64,000 nucleotides of DNA from Methanosarcinales archaeon (GTDB lineage: Archaea > Halobacteriota > Methanosarcinia > Methanosarcinales > Methanocomedenaceae): positions 631-64,630 of the forward strand of contig JAIOQW010000140.1 of the NCBI GenBank assembly GCA_021108405.1, given 5' to 3'. Position 1 is the first letter of the stretch, and each line of letters begins with the position of its first letter. Shown piece by piece: positions 19,891 to 30,704 of this stretch. Both the position numbers and the translations under genes were made by a program. A model generated the notes under the pieces. The model did no database searches and was not told where the DNA came from. It was given only the letters and a program-made list of their open reading frames with translations.

Positions 19891-20772
19891 ATGGTAATAT
19901 ATCTATTATGGACTGCTCTGGTATTCTTTGTTGTTGCATCTTTTCTCCCGCAACAATACAAACTACAACGATTGCCAATCGGTGCTATCGGGTGGGTTGT
20001 GTTTGCCGGACATTTGGGGCTTGAACCAATACATTACTTAGAAGAAAGTGATTTCACAATGATACTACTGATGTTGTTTGCAGCATTCTTATGTATCATT
20101 GTAGCACATCTGATGTTCATTACCTATCTACAAGCAAAGAAAGGTAACACAACTAAAGATTTAGTCAACAGAGAAAATGACTTGCTTATTCTTACAAAAA
20201 TAACTGCTTTAGGTTGTCTGTTCTATTTCCCATTTGCACAGATACCATCATTGAACCATCTGATCATATCCACAGTTGCCTCCCATACGGTCTGGCTTTC
20301 AAATCTAGTGGGTTTTCCTGTAGAGAGGATCGACTGGAATCTAATGACACTGGAAGGATATAGAATAGAGATCATACTGGCCTGTACTGCTATTGAGAGT
20401 ATTGCGCTTTTTATTGGGATCATCCTGGGCACACGGGCTGAATTAAAAAGAATAATCATGGCACTAATGGCATCGGTTCCTGTTATTTATATTCTCAATC
20501 TTATAAGAAATACCTTTGTAGTAGGAGCTTTTGGTTACCAGTGGTTTGGAACAGGTCCGATGATCATAAATATATTCGGTAAGGAATTTTATTTACATGA
20601 TTCAGCAAGTTTCTTTTTATCACACCATATTATTGCCAAGATCGGTTCCGGGATAGCTCTGTTTTTTATTGCTTACGCCGTACTAATTCTACTTCCCGAA
20701 GTGCTATATCTTATTGATAGTCTATGGTTGGAAATAAAAAAGGATATAAACCGTATTTTGCGAGGTGATTGA
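19891..20772 (+). CDS. artA: Archaeosortase (exosortase/archaeosortase family, ArtA-like)
   Basis: Polytopic, 293 aa. Cys motif EIILACTAIESIALF, Arg motif LNLIRNTF, downstream His (SHHIIAKIGSG). Adjacent to psd and pssA. Confidence 0.75.
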   Translation: MVIYLLWTALVFFVVASFLPQQYKLQRLPIGAIGWVVFAGHLGLEPIHYLEESDFTMILLMLFAAFLCIIVAHLMFITYLQAKKGNTTKDLVNRENDLLILTKITALGCLFYFPFAQIPSLNHLIISTVASHTVWLSNLVGFPVERIDWNLMTLEGYRIEIILACTAIESIALFIGIILGTRAELKRIIMALMASVPVIYILNLIRNTFVVGAFGYQWFGTGPMIINIFGKEFYLHDSASFFLSHHIIAKIGSGIALFFIAYAVLILLPEVLYLIDSLWLEIKKDINRILRGD

Positions 20773-21419
20773 TAATCCTTGCCCGAAACACCGACACAGT
20801 AGTAATAGGATTGTTCTTAATTTCAATTGTCCTGGCAATAATAGGGATATTTCTTAATTCTAAGCTGCTGGTATATGAATCGGTTATTTTCATTATCCTG
20901 GATATATTCTTTATCTGGTTTTTCAGGGATCCTGAGCGTATTCCTCAAGGATCCGAGGATGACATTATATCACCAGCCGATGGTAAAGTAATAGAAATCA
21001 GAGGAAAAACCGTATGCATTTTCATGAATATGCATCATGTACATGTCAACAGGGTCCCTATTGCCGGTAAGATCATCCGGATGAATCATAAAAATGGCGG
21101 GTATTTGCCAGCTTTTTTCAAAGACTCTAATAGAAATGAACGAAATACTATTTATATCGAATCAAAATACGGTACTGTCAAGGTAGTACAGATAGCAGGT
21201 ACAATAACCAGAAGGATAGATACTTATTTTAATGTAGGGGATAAAGTAGTTAGAGGAGAGCGCATTGGTATGATCAGATTTGGAAGTCGTGTAGATATCA
21301 CACCTCCCGAAGGGTACATATTGAGTGTTAACAAAGGAGATTCAGTAAAAGCAGCTATTTCTATCATCGCAAGAAGAAATTCTACTAAAGAAGATCATAA
21401 TAGCAGTGCAGGTGTATGA
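20769..21419 (+). CDS. psd: Archaetidylserine/phosphatidylserine decarboxylase proenzyme
   Basis: ISPADGKV, HVNRVPIAGK, and the self-cleavage region IRFGSRVDI. 4-nt overlap with artA. Confidence 0.85.
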   Translation: MIILARNTDTVVIGLFLISIVLAIIGIFLNSKLLVYESVIFIILDIFFIWFFRDPERIPQGSEDDIISPADGKVIEIRGKTVCIFMNMHHVHVNRVPIAGKIIRMNHKNGGYLPAFFKDSNRNERNTIYIESKYGTVKVVQIAGTITRRIDTYFNVGDKVVRGERIGMIRFGSRVDITPPEGYILSVNKGDSVKAAISIIARRNSTKEDHNSSAGV

Positions 21420-22101
21420 ATTGAGTGAGACTATTTTTCAGCTTATTAAACTACCTGATTTAGTGACCCTGATAAATGCACTGCTTGGTTTTTCTGCAAT
21501 TCTAATGGTGATCCAGTCTCCATCCAATGTCAATCATGCCTCTATCCTTATCTTATTAGCTGTAATGAGTGATGGATTAGACGGTCTGGTCGCCAGATCA
21601 ATGGAATCAGGTAAGCTTGGGGAATCTCTTGATTCACTGGCTGATACAATATCTTTTGGAGTAGCTCCATGTGCCATGGTATATGCCATACTGGCACCTC
21701 AGTTCCATTATTATGCCTGTTTTGTTGGAGGGGTATTTTTAGCATGTAGTATACTCAGACTGGCAAGGTTCAGTGCAATACCTGTAAAAAAAGGATTTAT
21801 GGGTATTCCGATAACAACTTCCGGTCTGATCGTAGTTCTATATATACTGGCCTTCTATGATGAAAGTTCTCCACTTTATTCCATTGTTCTATTAGGTATC
21901 ATGTTTGTCCTGGCTATGTTAATGATCAGCAATATACCATATCCGAAGATACAGGATACCAGGATTCTTGGTTTGGTTGCTTTTTTAATAATTGTGATTA
22001 TGCTGTTATTCTATCTGGACTATCAAGCCGGACTTGATATAATTGCTAAAGCTTGCTTTGTATTGATGGGATTATATGTCTTTAGTCCATTTTTCAAGTA
22101 A
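21406..22101 (+). CDS. pssA: CDP-alcohol phosphatidyltransferase (archaetidylserine synthase)
   Basis: DGLDGLVARSMESGKLGESLDSLADTISFGVAP matches D-G-x2-A-R-x8-G-x3-D-x3-D. Confidence 0.85.
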   Translation: MQVYELSETIFQLIKLPDLVTLINALLGFSAILMVIQSPSNVNHASILILLAVMSDGLDGLVARSMESGKLGESLDSLADTISFGVAPCAMVYAILAPQFHYYACFVGGVFLACSILRLARFSAIPVKKGFMGIPITTSGLIVVLYILAFYDESSPLYSIVLLGIMFVLAMLMISNIPYPKIQDTRILGLVAFLIIVIMLLFYLDYQAGLDIIAKACFVLMGLYVFSPFFK

Positions 22102-22124
22102 CTGCTCACTTCGTTCGCAGTTAC
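22098..22124 (-). repeat. Hairpin GTAACTGC-[TCACTTCGTTC]-GCAGTTAC carrying the conserved 11-nt loop in reverse orientation
   Basis: 8-bp perfect stem. The loop is the reverse complement of GAACGAAGTGA. It overlaps the pssA stop codon and sits at the truncation point of the next gene. Confidence 0.8.
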
Positions 22125-22708
22125 TTAAGGCTATCAAGCAGAAATACGATTTACCGGATAACTTTATTCTTTCTGTTGCAAAACCATTCCAGGGTGATAG
22201 ATTGTTACCAAGGAAAAACATTGATAATATCGTGAGATCATTCCTTGCATTTGAGGATAATTCAAAAACATTAAAACTCGTATTAGCAGATAATCGCTGT
22301 TATGAGTATATCACAGAGGTATTTGGGAAAGAATTGGCAAATGATCCTAGATTTGTCTATCCTGGTTGGATTTCTCATGAAGATATGCCCTATATATATA
22401 GTCTTGCAAAATTACTTATGATGCCATCATACTCTGAAAGTTTCGGTCTTCCATTGGTGGAAGCAATGGCATGTGGCTGTCCCGTAATCACTTCAACAAC
22501 AAGTTGTTGTCCTGAAATTGTAGGGGATGCAGCTATTGTTGTTGACCCTACTGATGTTAAGGGGCTGACCTTTGCTATAAGTAGTATATTAACTGATCAA
22601 GAACTTTCCAAAAGATTCACTGAAAAAGGAATAAAAAAAGCAAGTGAATATAGCTGGTCTAATAGTGCTAAAAAAGTAATAAGAATTTTCGGCACTGTCC
22701 TGGAATAG
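22124..22708 (+). pseudogene. 5'-truncated GT4-family glycosyltransferase (C-terminal Rossmann domain only)
   Basis: The E-x7-E region ESFGLPLVEAMACGCPVI and the typical GT4 C-terminus are present. The N-terminal ~170-aa domain is absent, and the reading frame runs straight out of pssA and the hairpin. Confidence 0.6.
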
Positions 22709-22972
22709 GCCGCATAATTTATATTTTATAATATCCATTTTACTTTTGTGATATTAAATGGCTAGACCTAGTGTTATATCAATTCTCAAGTGTCGGGTAA
22801 AGTCGAGATAATTTTATCCTGGCATCCTCAGTTGTAAATTGCCAATTAACTTCCGCATTTTTGTTGTTTCTGAATTTTAGTTTAGAAAGCCAATTTTCAA
22901 TTGGGTATCCATCTTCAAGTAAGTTTATGAATTCTTTTAGAATATTTGATCTTTTAGTGTCGTAATGTACCT

Positions 22973-23209
22973 TTTTTATAGTATATCAAATATAACTTGA
23001 TATATCGAAAATGCTTCGCATTTTCTAATCCTCCATTCCTCCAGAATGTCGGTCAATAAAATCCGAGCGGTAGCGAGGATTTTGTTCCAGTATATATTTC
23101 ATAAAAATATATCTCAAGTAAATGCGAACGAAGTGAGCATTTTTTTGTAGTATATCAAGTATAACTTGATGTACTCAAGAAAATCCGAGCGGTAGCGAGG
23201 ATTTTGTTC
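22973..23209 (-). repeat. Two adjacent mosaic elements in reverse orientation (F-Eshort-B-A, then extra hairpins-Elong-F-A)
   Basis: TAGTATATCAAATATAACTTGATATA; GAAAATGC-TTC-GCATTTTC; CTCCATTCCTCCAGAATGTCGG; AAAATCCGAGCGGTAGCGAGGATTTTGTTC occurs twice (ending at 23087 and 23209). Confidence 0.85.
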
Positions 23210-23319
23210 CAATAAAAGTAAAAGAAGGTTGAAGATACGGGATATACATATTCACCAGCATCAAGGCAAGCATTGATATCAATTCAAAGATTTTTTTCGC
23301 TTTTTCCAGGGGTTAATAC

Positions 23320-25104
23320 TTGAATTTCATCACCCGGATCAGTGAGATCATACGAGAACTAAACCTGAAGCATGTTCAGCGTTGGGCTGTTCTCAGCACT
23401 ATCGTTGGCGTGGTAAGTGGACTGGTTGCAATTGTTTTCTACAGCGGCCTATTTTATTCCACGTATTATATTTTAGGAGGTATAGGTGGTTACTATTCTG
23501 TAACACCTGCAGGTGATGTGGACCTGCTTACTGCGCCACCAGCCCACCCCAGTCGTATCCTTTTAATTATCCTTCCGGCTCTGGGAGGACTTGTTGCAGG
23601 ATATTTAGTATACCGTTTTGCTCCCGAGGCTGAAGGGCACGGGACTGATTCAGTAATAGAATCGTATCACCACAAACGGGGTATCATACGGGACCGTGTA
23701 CCCTTTATTAAAGCCATTACTACCATGATAACAATAGGTTCAGGTGGCAGTGCAGGTAGGGAAGGACCCATAGCCCACATTTCCGCAGGATTCGGGTCTA
23801 TTCTTGCAAACAAACTCAAACTGAATGACAGGGACAGACGCATGCTTGTTATTTGCGGTATGGCAGCTGGTATAGGCTGTATATTCAAGGCACCTCTTGG
23901 TGGCGCTATTTTTGCTATAGAAGTGCTATACAGGCAGGGTTCCGAATCAGAAGGAATAGTTCCTGCCTTTATTTCATCCACTATTGCATATTCCATATTC
24001 TGTACAGTATTCAACTGGGATCCTTTGTTCAGCATGCCTGATTACCAGTTCACCCATCCGATCGGACTTTTCTTTTATGCACTACTTGGAATCGCTTGTG
24101 CAGCTATAGGCATCCTGTACATCCATATTTTCTATGGATTAAGGAATAGTTTCAGTAAACTTGCCATACCCAGGCATATCAAACCTGCTATTGGCGGTTT
24201 AATGCTCGGTATTATGGCATTCTTTATACCGCAAAGTCTGGGTGTAGGATACGGACTGATACAGCAGGCAATAAATCAAGAACTGGCACTTACAGCAGGA
24301 CTGATGCTGGTGTTGATATTTGCTAAAATATTGGCTACTTCATTCACCATTAGCAGCGGAGGAAGTGGTGGTGTATTTGGCCCGACTCTGGTGATCGGTG
24401 CTATGCTTGGTGGATTCTTAGGTCTAACTTTTCATATTCTATTTCCTACCATTGTTACCGAATATGCAACTTTTGTCTTAGTAGGAATGGCAGCACTGCT
24501 GGCATGTGTGGCAAAAACACCACTCGCAGCTATAATAATGGTATCCGAACTTACCGGTAACTATCACCTGCTGCCGCCATTAATGCTGGCTTCGACACTG
24601 GCCTTTGTGATATCCGGAAAATGGACTATATATGAAAAGCAGGTACAAACCAGGATGGATTCCCCTGCCCACCGCAGAGAAATGACCATAGATGTCCTGG
24701 AATTGATCCAGGTTAAGGATGCAATGAGCACAAATATTATCACAGTGGACCCGGCAACACAAGTTCCGACAATACTTAACCTTGTTCATAAATACGGACA
24801 TGTCGGATATCCGGTACTTGATAATATGGAACTGGTAGGTGTAGTAACTTTTGAGGATGCAGAAAAAATCGCTTTTGATGAAAGGGAAAATATACTGGTT
24901 GAAGATATTATGACCACTTCAGTAGTAGTGACCTATGAAGATGAGAGCCTGGAAGATGCATTAAAGAAACTACTGGATAACGGGATAGGGCGATTGCCTG
25001 TAGTGGACAGGCAGGACCCGAAAAAATTATTAGGACTGCTAACAAAGTTTGATATTATCAGGATACATGCCCAGTTGAGTTCAAAGTTGTGCAGAATACC
25101 TTAA
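23320..25104 (+). CDS. ClC-family voltage-gated chloride channel/antiporter with two C-terminal CBS domains
   Basis: GSGGSAGREGP, GGAIFAIE, GVFGPTL selectivity motifs, with a CBS pair at the C-terminus. TTG start. Confidence 0.9.
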   Translation: MNFITRISEIIRELNLKHVQRWAVLSTIVGVVSGLVAIVFYSGLFYSTYYILGGIGGYYSVTPAGDVDLLTAPPAHPSRILLIILPALGGLVAGYLVYRFAPEAEGHGTDSVIESYHHKRGIIRDRVPFIKAITTMITIGSGGSAGREGPIAHISAGFGSILANKLKLNDRDRRMLVICGMAAGIGCIFKAPLGGAIFAIEVLYRQGSESEGIVPAFISSTIAYSIFCTVFNWDPLFSMPDYQFTHPIGLFFYALLGIACAAIGILYIHIFYGLRNSFSKLAIPRHIKPAIGGLMLGIMAFFIPQSLGVGYGLIQQAINQELALTAGLMLVLIFAKILATSFTISSGGSGGVFGPTLVIGAMLGGFLGLTFHILFPTIVTEYATFVLVGMAALLACVAKTPLAAIIMVSELTGNYHLLPPLMLASTLAFVISGKWTIYEKQVQTRMDSPAHRREMTIDVLELIQVKDAMSTNIITVDPATQVPTILNLVHKYGHVGYPVLDNMELVGVVTFEDAEKIAFDERENILVEDIMTTSVVVTYEDESLEDALKKLLDNGIGRLPVVDRQDPKKLLGLLTKFDIIRIHAQLSSKLCRIP

Positions 25105-25151
25105 GAGAATATTAACTTCGTTCACAGTTTCTAAGTTTGTAGAAAATAGTG

Positions 25152-25550
25152 TTACCTAACCTTACTGATGATATCGCTGGCACTAAGTATTCCAACTGGA
25201 CGATATGAAGCACCAACACCTGGCTCTGAAAGGACAAGCAGTCTATGGATACCTTTTTCCTTCATTATTTCAACCGTTTCCTTTAATGATGTAGAGGGTT
25301 TGACTGACTGAACAGTATAGTTCATGATGTCCTCAACAGTAGTATCCATCAAGGATTCATCCAGAATGATCTTTAACATATCCATTTCAGCGATCATACC
25401 CATAACTTCACCGTTCTCATCAATAACCGCTATACCAGAAACATTCTGTCTAGCCATTATCTTAGCTACTTCTATGACAGGATAATTTATTGGTACAGAG
25501 ATAACACCTCTTGTCATAACGTCTTTTACAGTCAATTCACTCAATGTCAT
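25152..25550 (-). CDS. CBS-pair domain protein
   Basis: 132 aa with two CBS repeats (VKDVMTRGVISV...; VEDIMNYTVQSV...). Confidence 0.85.
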   Translation of the reverse strand: MTLSELTVKDVMTRGVISVPINYPVIEVAKIMARQNVSGIAVIDENGEVMGMIAEMDMLKIILDESLMDTTVEDIMNYTVQSVKPSTSLKETVEIMKEKGIHRLLVLSEPGVGASYRPVGILSASDIISKVR

Positions 25551-25709
25551 ATTTAATTCGCTTCCAATGAATAAAATATGAATTAGTAGGATAAAAAGCT
25601 ATTTGATTTATTTACATATATTCAATGATGAAAATAATTATCAGGTATGTACAGGTATCTAAATACATAAGTAATATCAAAACCTTTCAACAAATTCAGG
25701 TGGTCTTTA

Positions 25710-26513
25710 ATGCAGACAAATAACTTCAAGTCAGGAAATATTGGTAAATCGGTACGCTTAGAGCGGATCTTCAACAGGGAGACGGGGAATGCTATAATTA
25801 TTCCAATGGATCATGGCGTAGGTGCAGGACCGATCAAAGGACTAATAGATCTATCAAAAATGGTAAATAAAGTGGCACAGGGCGGTGCCAATGCTGTTCT
25901 AGGTCACATGGGCCTTCCGAAATATGGTCATCGTGGCTATGGAAGGGATGTAGGTTTGATCATACATCTTTCAGCATCCACGTCTTTAGGTCCTGATCCC
26001 AACCATAAGGTACTGGTAACCAGTGTGGCAGAAGCTATCAAAGTAGGAGCTGATTGTGTATCGGTACATATAAATGTAGGTGCAAAGGATGAAGCTGAGA
26101 TGTTGATGGGGTTGGGTGCTACTGCAAGAATATGTGATGAGTGGGGCATGCCCCTACTGGCAATGATGTATCCCAGGGGCAGGACAGTCAAATCAGAACA
26201 TGATGTGGAATATGTTAAACATGCAGCCCGTATAGGAGCTGAACTGGGTGCTGATATTATCAAGACCAACTATACAGGAGATCCGGATTCATTCAAAGAA
26301 GTGGTAATGGGGTGTCCTGTACCGGTAGTAGTTGCCGGAGGGCCAAAGATGGATACTCAGCACGACCTGCTTGAAATGGTATATGATTCCATCCACTCAG
26401 GCGGCAAAGGTGTAGCAATAGGGAGAAACGTGTTCCAGGCTGATGATCCTACTGCACTTGTTGCTAAAATCTTCAAGATAGTACATCAGGGGTTAACAGT
26501 TGATGAAGTATGA
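25710..26513 (+). CDS. aroA': 2-amino-3,7-dideoxy-D-threo-hept-6-ulosonate synthase / class I aldolase (DhnA family)
   Basis: 267 aa. [23 protein letters not shown]. This is the archaeal alternative shikimate-entry enzyme family. Confidence 0.75.
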   Translation: MQTNNFKSGNIGKSVRLERIFNRETGNAIIIPMDHGVGAGPIKGLIDLSKMVNKVAQGGANAVLGHMGLPKYGHRGYGRDVGLIIHLSASTSLGPDPNHKVLVTSVAEAIKVGADCVSVHINVGAKDEAEMLMGLGATARICDEWGMPLLAMMYPRGRTVKSEHDVEYVKHAARIGAELGADIIKTNYTGDPDSFKEVVMGCPVPVVVAGGPKMDTQHDLLEMVYDSIHSGGKGVAIGRNVFQADDPTALVAKIFKIVHQGLTVDEV

Positions 26514-27424
26514 CCCAGCCGGAACTATCTATTGAACTTACCGGACTTGGGATGAAAAACCCTGTAATTTTAGCGGCAGGAATACTTGGCACAACCGGAG
26601 CATCGCTAAAACGAATTGCAGGGTCAGGTGTCGGTGCAGTAATTACCAAGTCCATAGGTACCATACCAGAGAAAGGACATCCTAATCCAAGCCTGGTCGC
26701 ACTTGAGTGCGGGCTATTGAATGCTATGGGACTGCCTAACCCATCCTATAAAGAATTTAATGATGAATTAGCGACTGCTAAAGAAGGAGACGTACCTGTA
26801 ATAGTCAGTATCTTCGGCAGCCATCCGGATGAGTTTAGTGAAATAATAGAAGGACTTGAAGGTGCAGATGCTTTTGAGCTGAACCTGAGCTGTCCGCATT
26901 CGCAACAGTACGGTGCTGCAGTAGGTACTGATCCCGTACTGGTAGAAAAGATCACAAAAGCTGCTAAAACTACTGCCAGTGTACCTATATGGGTTAAACT
27001 TACTCCGAATGTCACAGATATTGTTACAATAGGCGAAGCCGCATCCAGAGGCGGTGCAGATGCTGTGGTTGCTATTAATACGATCAGGAGTATGGCTATA
27101 GATATTCACAGTGGTTATCCAATACTTGGTAATCTGTACGGTGGTCTCTCGGGTGCTGCCATACGCCCTGTTGCTGTGAAATGTGTCTATGACCTGTACA
27201 GAGCACTGGATATTCCTGTAATAGGTGTTGGTGGGGTAAGTAAGTGGGAGGACGCAGTTGAGATGATGATGGCAGGTGCCTCTGCCGTGCAGATAGGTTC
27301 TGCCATATATGACAATTTTACCATTTTTAGTGAAATAAGTGAAGCGCTTTTCACATTTCTCAAATCACGGGATTTAAACCTGGGGGATATCATCGGAATT
27401 GCGCATAAGAAGGTGAAACAGTGA
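26510..27424 (+). CDS. pyrD: Dihydroorotate dehydrogenase 1B, catalytic subunit
   Basis: [29 protein letters not shown]. 4-nt overlaps on both sides. Confidence 0.9.
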   Translation: MTQPELSIELTGLGMKNPVILAAGILGTTGASLKRIAGSGVGAVITKSIGTIPEKGHPNPSLVALECGLLNAMGLPNPSYKEFNDELATAKEGDVPVIVSIFGSHPDEFSEIIEGLEGADAFELNLSCPHSQQYGAAVGTDPVLVEKITKAAKTTASVPIWVKLTPNVTDIVTIGEAASRGGADAVVAINTIRSMAIDIHSGYPILGNLYGGLSGAAIRPVAVKCVYDLYRALDIPVIGVGGVSKWEDAVEMMMAGASAVQIGSAIYDNFTIFSEISEALFTFLKSRDLNLGDIIGIAHKKVKQ

Positions 27425-28191
27425 AACCGGTAAATGCTGTCATAAAGGAGGTTATTAAAGAGACTCCGACAATCACTACCCTTATATTTGATATTAAACC
27501 TGATGCTATACCAGGTCAGTTCGTCATGGTATGGATAAGGGGTGTGGATGAGGTCCCTATGGCACTATCGCATCCGAACAGTATAACTGTGCAAAGAGTA
27601 GGAGATGCTTCCGAAACACTGTCTAATATGAAACCAGGTGATAGTATTGGGTTAAGAGGTCCGTTTGGGAATGGTTTTGAATTGACAGGACAGCGAATAA
27701 TGATCATTGCGGGTGGTGTGGGTGCTGCACCTCTATTGCCCCTGGCACATCAACTACGATTAAGAGACGCAAAAATATCAATATTATTAGGGGCTAAAAC
27801 ATCAAAAGAACTGCTATTTGAAGAGCAATTCAGCAGATCAGGTGAATTAAAGGCTGCTACTGATGATGGAAGTAAAGGGTATCACGGGGTTATTACCGGT
27901 CTGATGGATAAGTACGATCTGAACAGTTTTGATATGTTCTATGTTTGCGGCCCTGAGATGATGATGCGGGCAGTACTGGACATGCTGCATGTGAACGGTC
28001 TTGAAAATAGGTCACAGTTCAGTCTCCACAGGTATTTCAAGTGCGGAATCGGAGTTTGTGGGTCATGCACTATTGACCCGTGGGGGCTTCGTGTCTGTAA
28101 GGACGGACCTGTGTTTTATGGAGATATTCTCCTCAATAGTGAACTTGGAAAATATCATAGGGATGTAACCGGAAAAAAGATAATGTTTTAA
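27421..28191 (+). CDS. pyrK: Dihydroorotate dehydrogenase electron-transfer subunit
   Basis: FAD/NAD-binding fold plus a C-terminal 2Fe-2S Cys cluster (CGIGVCGSCTID...C). Confidence 0.9.
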   Translation: MKPVNAVIKEVIKETPTITTLIFDIKPDAIPGQFVMVWIRGVDEVPMALSHPNSITVQRVGDASETLSNMKPGDSIGLRGPFGNGFELTGQRIMIIAGGVGAAPLLPLAHQLRLRDAKISILLGAKTSKELLFEEQFSRSGELKAATDDGSKGYHGVITGLMDKYDLNSFDMFYVCGPEMMMRAVLDMLHVNGLENRSQFSLHRYFKCGIGVCGSCTIDPWGLRVCKDGPVFYGDILLNSELGKYHRDVTGKKIMF

Positions 28192-28218
28192 GTAATTCGG
28201 TACATCTACGAGGATAAT

Positions 28219-28965
28219 ATGCTAGGTAGATTCAAATACCAGGATGAGATATTTACCGGTACGATACTGGATGATAGAGTAGTGGTGGATAAGACTCTAT
28301 ATTGTGATACGTTCTCTATTGATGAGTTACAGGTATTGCCACCCTCAACTCCAAGTAAGATCATCTGCGTGGGATTGAACTATGTAGACCATGCCAGGGA
28401 ACTGAATATGACTATGCCTGATCACCCTATATTGTTCTTAAAACCTAATTCGAGCGTGATCGGGGATGGTGATAGGATCATATATCCGAATGAAGTGGAA
28501 CAGGTGGACTATGAAGCAGAACTGGCAGTGGTAATAGGTAAACGATGCAGGAACGTTCCTTCTGATAGGGCCATGGATGTGGTACTTGGATATACCTGTT
28601 TTAATGATGTTACGGCCCGTGATATCCAGAAGCTCGACACTCAGTGGACCAGAGCAAAGAGCTATGATACCTTTGCACCATTTGGCCCGTATATAGCCCA
28701 ACCTTCTGATATTGATATCTCAGATTTGTTTATCCGTACCAGAGTGAACGGAAAAGTCAAACAGGATTCCAATATCAATAAAATGATCTTTGGTGTTCCT
28801 GTTCTTATTGAGTTTATTTCTCATGTTATGACACTTGAAAAAGGTGATATTATAGCTACCGGAACCCCACCAGGTGTAGGCGAGATGCTGCCTGGTGATA
28901 CGGTTGAAATTGAGATTGAAGGCATTGGTATTTTGAAGAACCAGGTCATCAGGGATAGTCTTTAA
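28219..28965 (+). CDS. Fumarylacetoacetate hydrolase family protein
   Basis: KIICVGLNYVDHA, VDYEAELAVVIGK, GDIIATGTPPGVG. Confidence 0.85.
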   Translation: MLGRFKYQDEIFTGTILDDRVVVDKTLYCDTFSIDELQVLPPSTPSKIICVGLNYVDHARELNMTMPDHPILFLKPNSSVIGDGDRIIYPNEVEQVDYEAELAVVIGKRCRNVPSDRAMDVVLGYTCFNDVTARDIQKLDTQWTRAKSYDTFAPFGPYIAQPSDIDISDLFIRTRVNGKVKQDSNINKMIFGVPVLIEFISHVMTLEKGDIIATGTPPGVGEMLPGDTVEIEIEGIGILKNQVIRDSL

Positions 28966-30143
28966 TTCCGGATATCGGTTTCATCCTGCCCGTCATCTGC
29001 TTTTGGTAATTCTTCTCTTTCTACTATTTCATCAGTTTCTTCTTCTTCTTCTTCTTCTTCAGTTTCTTTTTCATTTGGCAAATCCAACTGCGTTTTTGAT
29101 TCAATTTCAACAAATGTCCTGTAGAATGCCAGTAAAAAACCGTATGCTGCTGGGCCTATAATAATTCCCATAGGACCTATCACAAATAAAGCTGTTGAGA
29201 AGGCTAACAGGGTTATGATCGGGTGTATCTGTCCGCTCGTCATCATAAGCTTTGGTCGAATAACATTTCCCGGAATTATATCCATGAACACCTGGCCATA
29301 AATTACAATGATTACAGCTATCTGCCATTCACCTGTCACGAGGTAATATAATGCTATGGGTACGTAGACTGTTGCAGGTCCTACGATAGGCAGTAAAGAA
29401 AAGATTGCAATGATACTGCCCCACATGACAGGATAAGGTACTCCTATTAAAAAAAAACCAATGGCACCTATAAAACCTCCAAGTAGACATACAAATAAAA
29501 ATACGTGAAACAGACTGTGATAAATATTATCAAGATTGAACAGGAACTTATTTACGGTTACTATTCTGTTGGCAGGTATTAATTCAGTATAATTCTTCAG
29601 GATTTTATCACTATCAGCAAGCAGATAAAATGAGAGAAAAACCATTATTGCACATTTCATTGTAATAATTCCGATATTGGATGCGAAATTCATTAGACCG
29701 GTGGTAACAATATCAACTACGAACCAGACAACTGATATAATAAGATTGGATAGGTCCTCACCCAGATCTTCCTGGTTGAAATATGGAATTAACGATTCAA
29801 TAAGATCATAACATGGTTCCATTAATGCATTTATACTTTCTTCGATAGTAGCTAAATCCAATCCGCTTAATTCAGTAAAAAGAACTCGAAGGATATTTAT
29901 GAAAACAGTAACAAAAAGCAGTACTACAATAGCAAGAGTTAAAAATGCCGAAATATTCCGGTTTTTAATCTTTGTGATCTTTCTCAGGGTCTTATCAAGC
30001 GGGTATAATATGTAAGCAAAGAATAAACTTAATATGATCACATCTACAAACACCCATGTAAGATGAGATACAATAAGAATTGCAGTAAGGGCAACAATGC
30101 CTGAAATTAGTATGAAAGCAGGTTGGTTGATATTTCTGGCCAT
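28962..30143 (-). CDS. AI-2E (PerM/YhhT) family transporter with poly-Glu C-terminal tail
   Basis: 8 TM-type profile typical of AI-2E. The tail is ETEEEEEEEETDE. Confidence 0.75.
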   Translation of the reverse strand: MARNINQPAFILISGIVALTAILIVSHLTWVFVDVIILSLFFAYILYPLDKTLRKITKIKNRNISAFLTLAIVVLLFVTVFINILRVLFTELSGLDLATIEESINALMEPCYDLIESLIPYFNQEDLGEDLSNLIISVVWFVVDIVTTGLMNFASNIGIITMKCAIMVFLSFYLLADSDKILKNYTELIPANRIVTVNKFLFNLDNIYHSLFHVFLFVCLLGGFIGAIGFFLIGVPYPVMWGSIIAIFSLLPIVGPATVYVPIALYYLVTGEWQIAVIIVIYGQVFMDIIPGNVIRPKLMMTSGQIHPIITLLAFSTALFVIGPMGIIIGPAAYGFLLAFYRTFVEIESKTQLDLPNEKETEEEEEEEETDEIVEREELPKADDGQDETDIRN

Positions 30144-30396
30144 TGTGACTATATTTAATTACAGAAATAAAAACTTTGTTATTGACCCTATTGCAACAGC
30201 CATTTCCATAATGACTTATAATGTATTTTCATACCAGCTTATTATTAGTATCACTACTCAGGAAACAAAAGGTAAGCACCGGAAAATTTTCTGGGAAGTA
30301 AGAATTATTGCTGGTTTCTTAAAAGGATTAATTACCACCGGTTTGAGGAGAAGGAGGGGCCGTAAGGCCTCTTCTTTACTCTACTCCAACTGTAAA

Positions 30397-30615
30397 TTAC
30401 TGTTCCATCTGTTGTAAGGCCTCTTCGATATCCACACCTTTAACTGTAGTCCTTTTAGCATGATTAGCCAGACGAATAGCTCTGGCAGCAATATCAATGC
30501 CATATTCTTCCAGATGCTTTGCCAGTGCTTCACTGCCGCTGGCACTAACTCTTTCGGCTCCGGCTGCCCTGATCAGACGCTCTATCGGTGCTGTTGGAAT
30601 TATCTTATCTTTCAT
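30397..30615 (-). CDS. Archaeal histone (HMf family)
   Basis: 72 aa. IPTAPIERLIRAAGAERVS...AARAIRLANHAKRTTVKGVDIEEAL is a histone fold. Confidence 0.9.
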   Translation of the reverse strand: MKDKIIPTAPIERLIRAAGAERVSASGSEALAKHLEEYGIDIAARAIRLANHAKRTTVKGVDIEEALQQMEQ

Positions 30616-30704
30616 TGCTATATCCTCCTTACTTATAATTTCAATAAAACTCTTAATTCTCTTATAGTTTTATAATTGAATCTATTTAAAACTTATGAAT
30701 AAAA

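Noticed and set aside
22790-22975. Minus-strand open frame ending ...KVHYDTKRSNILKEFINLLEDGYPIENWLSKLKFRNNKNAEVNWQFTTEDARIKLSRLYPTLEN*.
   Set aside because: It looks like the C-terminus of a real protein, but it has no start codon and I cannot assign the family from memory. It is mentioned in a finding and is not called as a feature.
30340-30396. GC-rich imperfect hairpin (GGCC-GTAA-GGCC core) just 3' of the histone gene as a terminator or sRNA.
   Set aside because: Only 4 bp pair perfectly. The extended purine/pyrimidine arms need bulges and mismatches. This is too weak to call.
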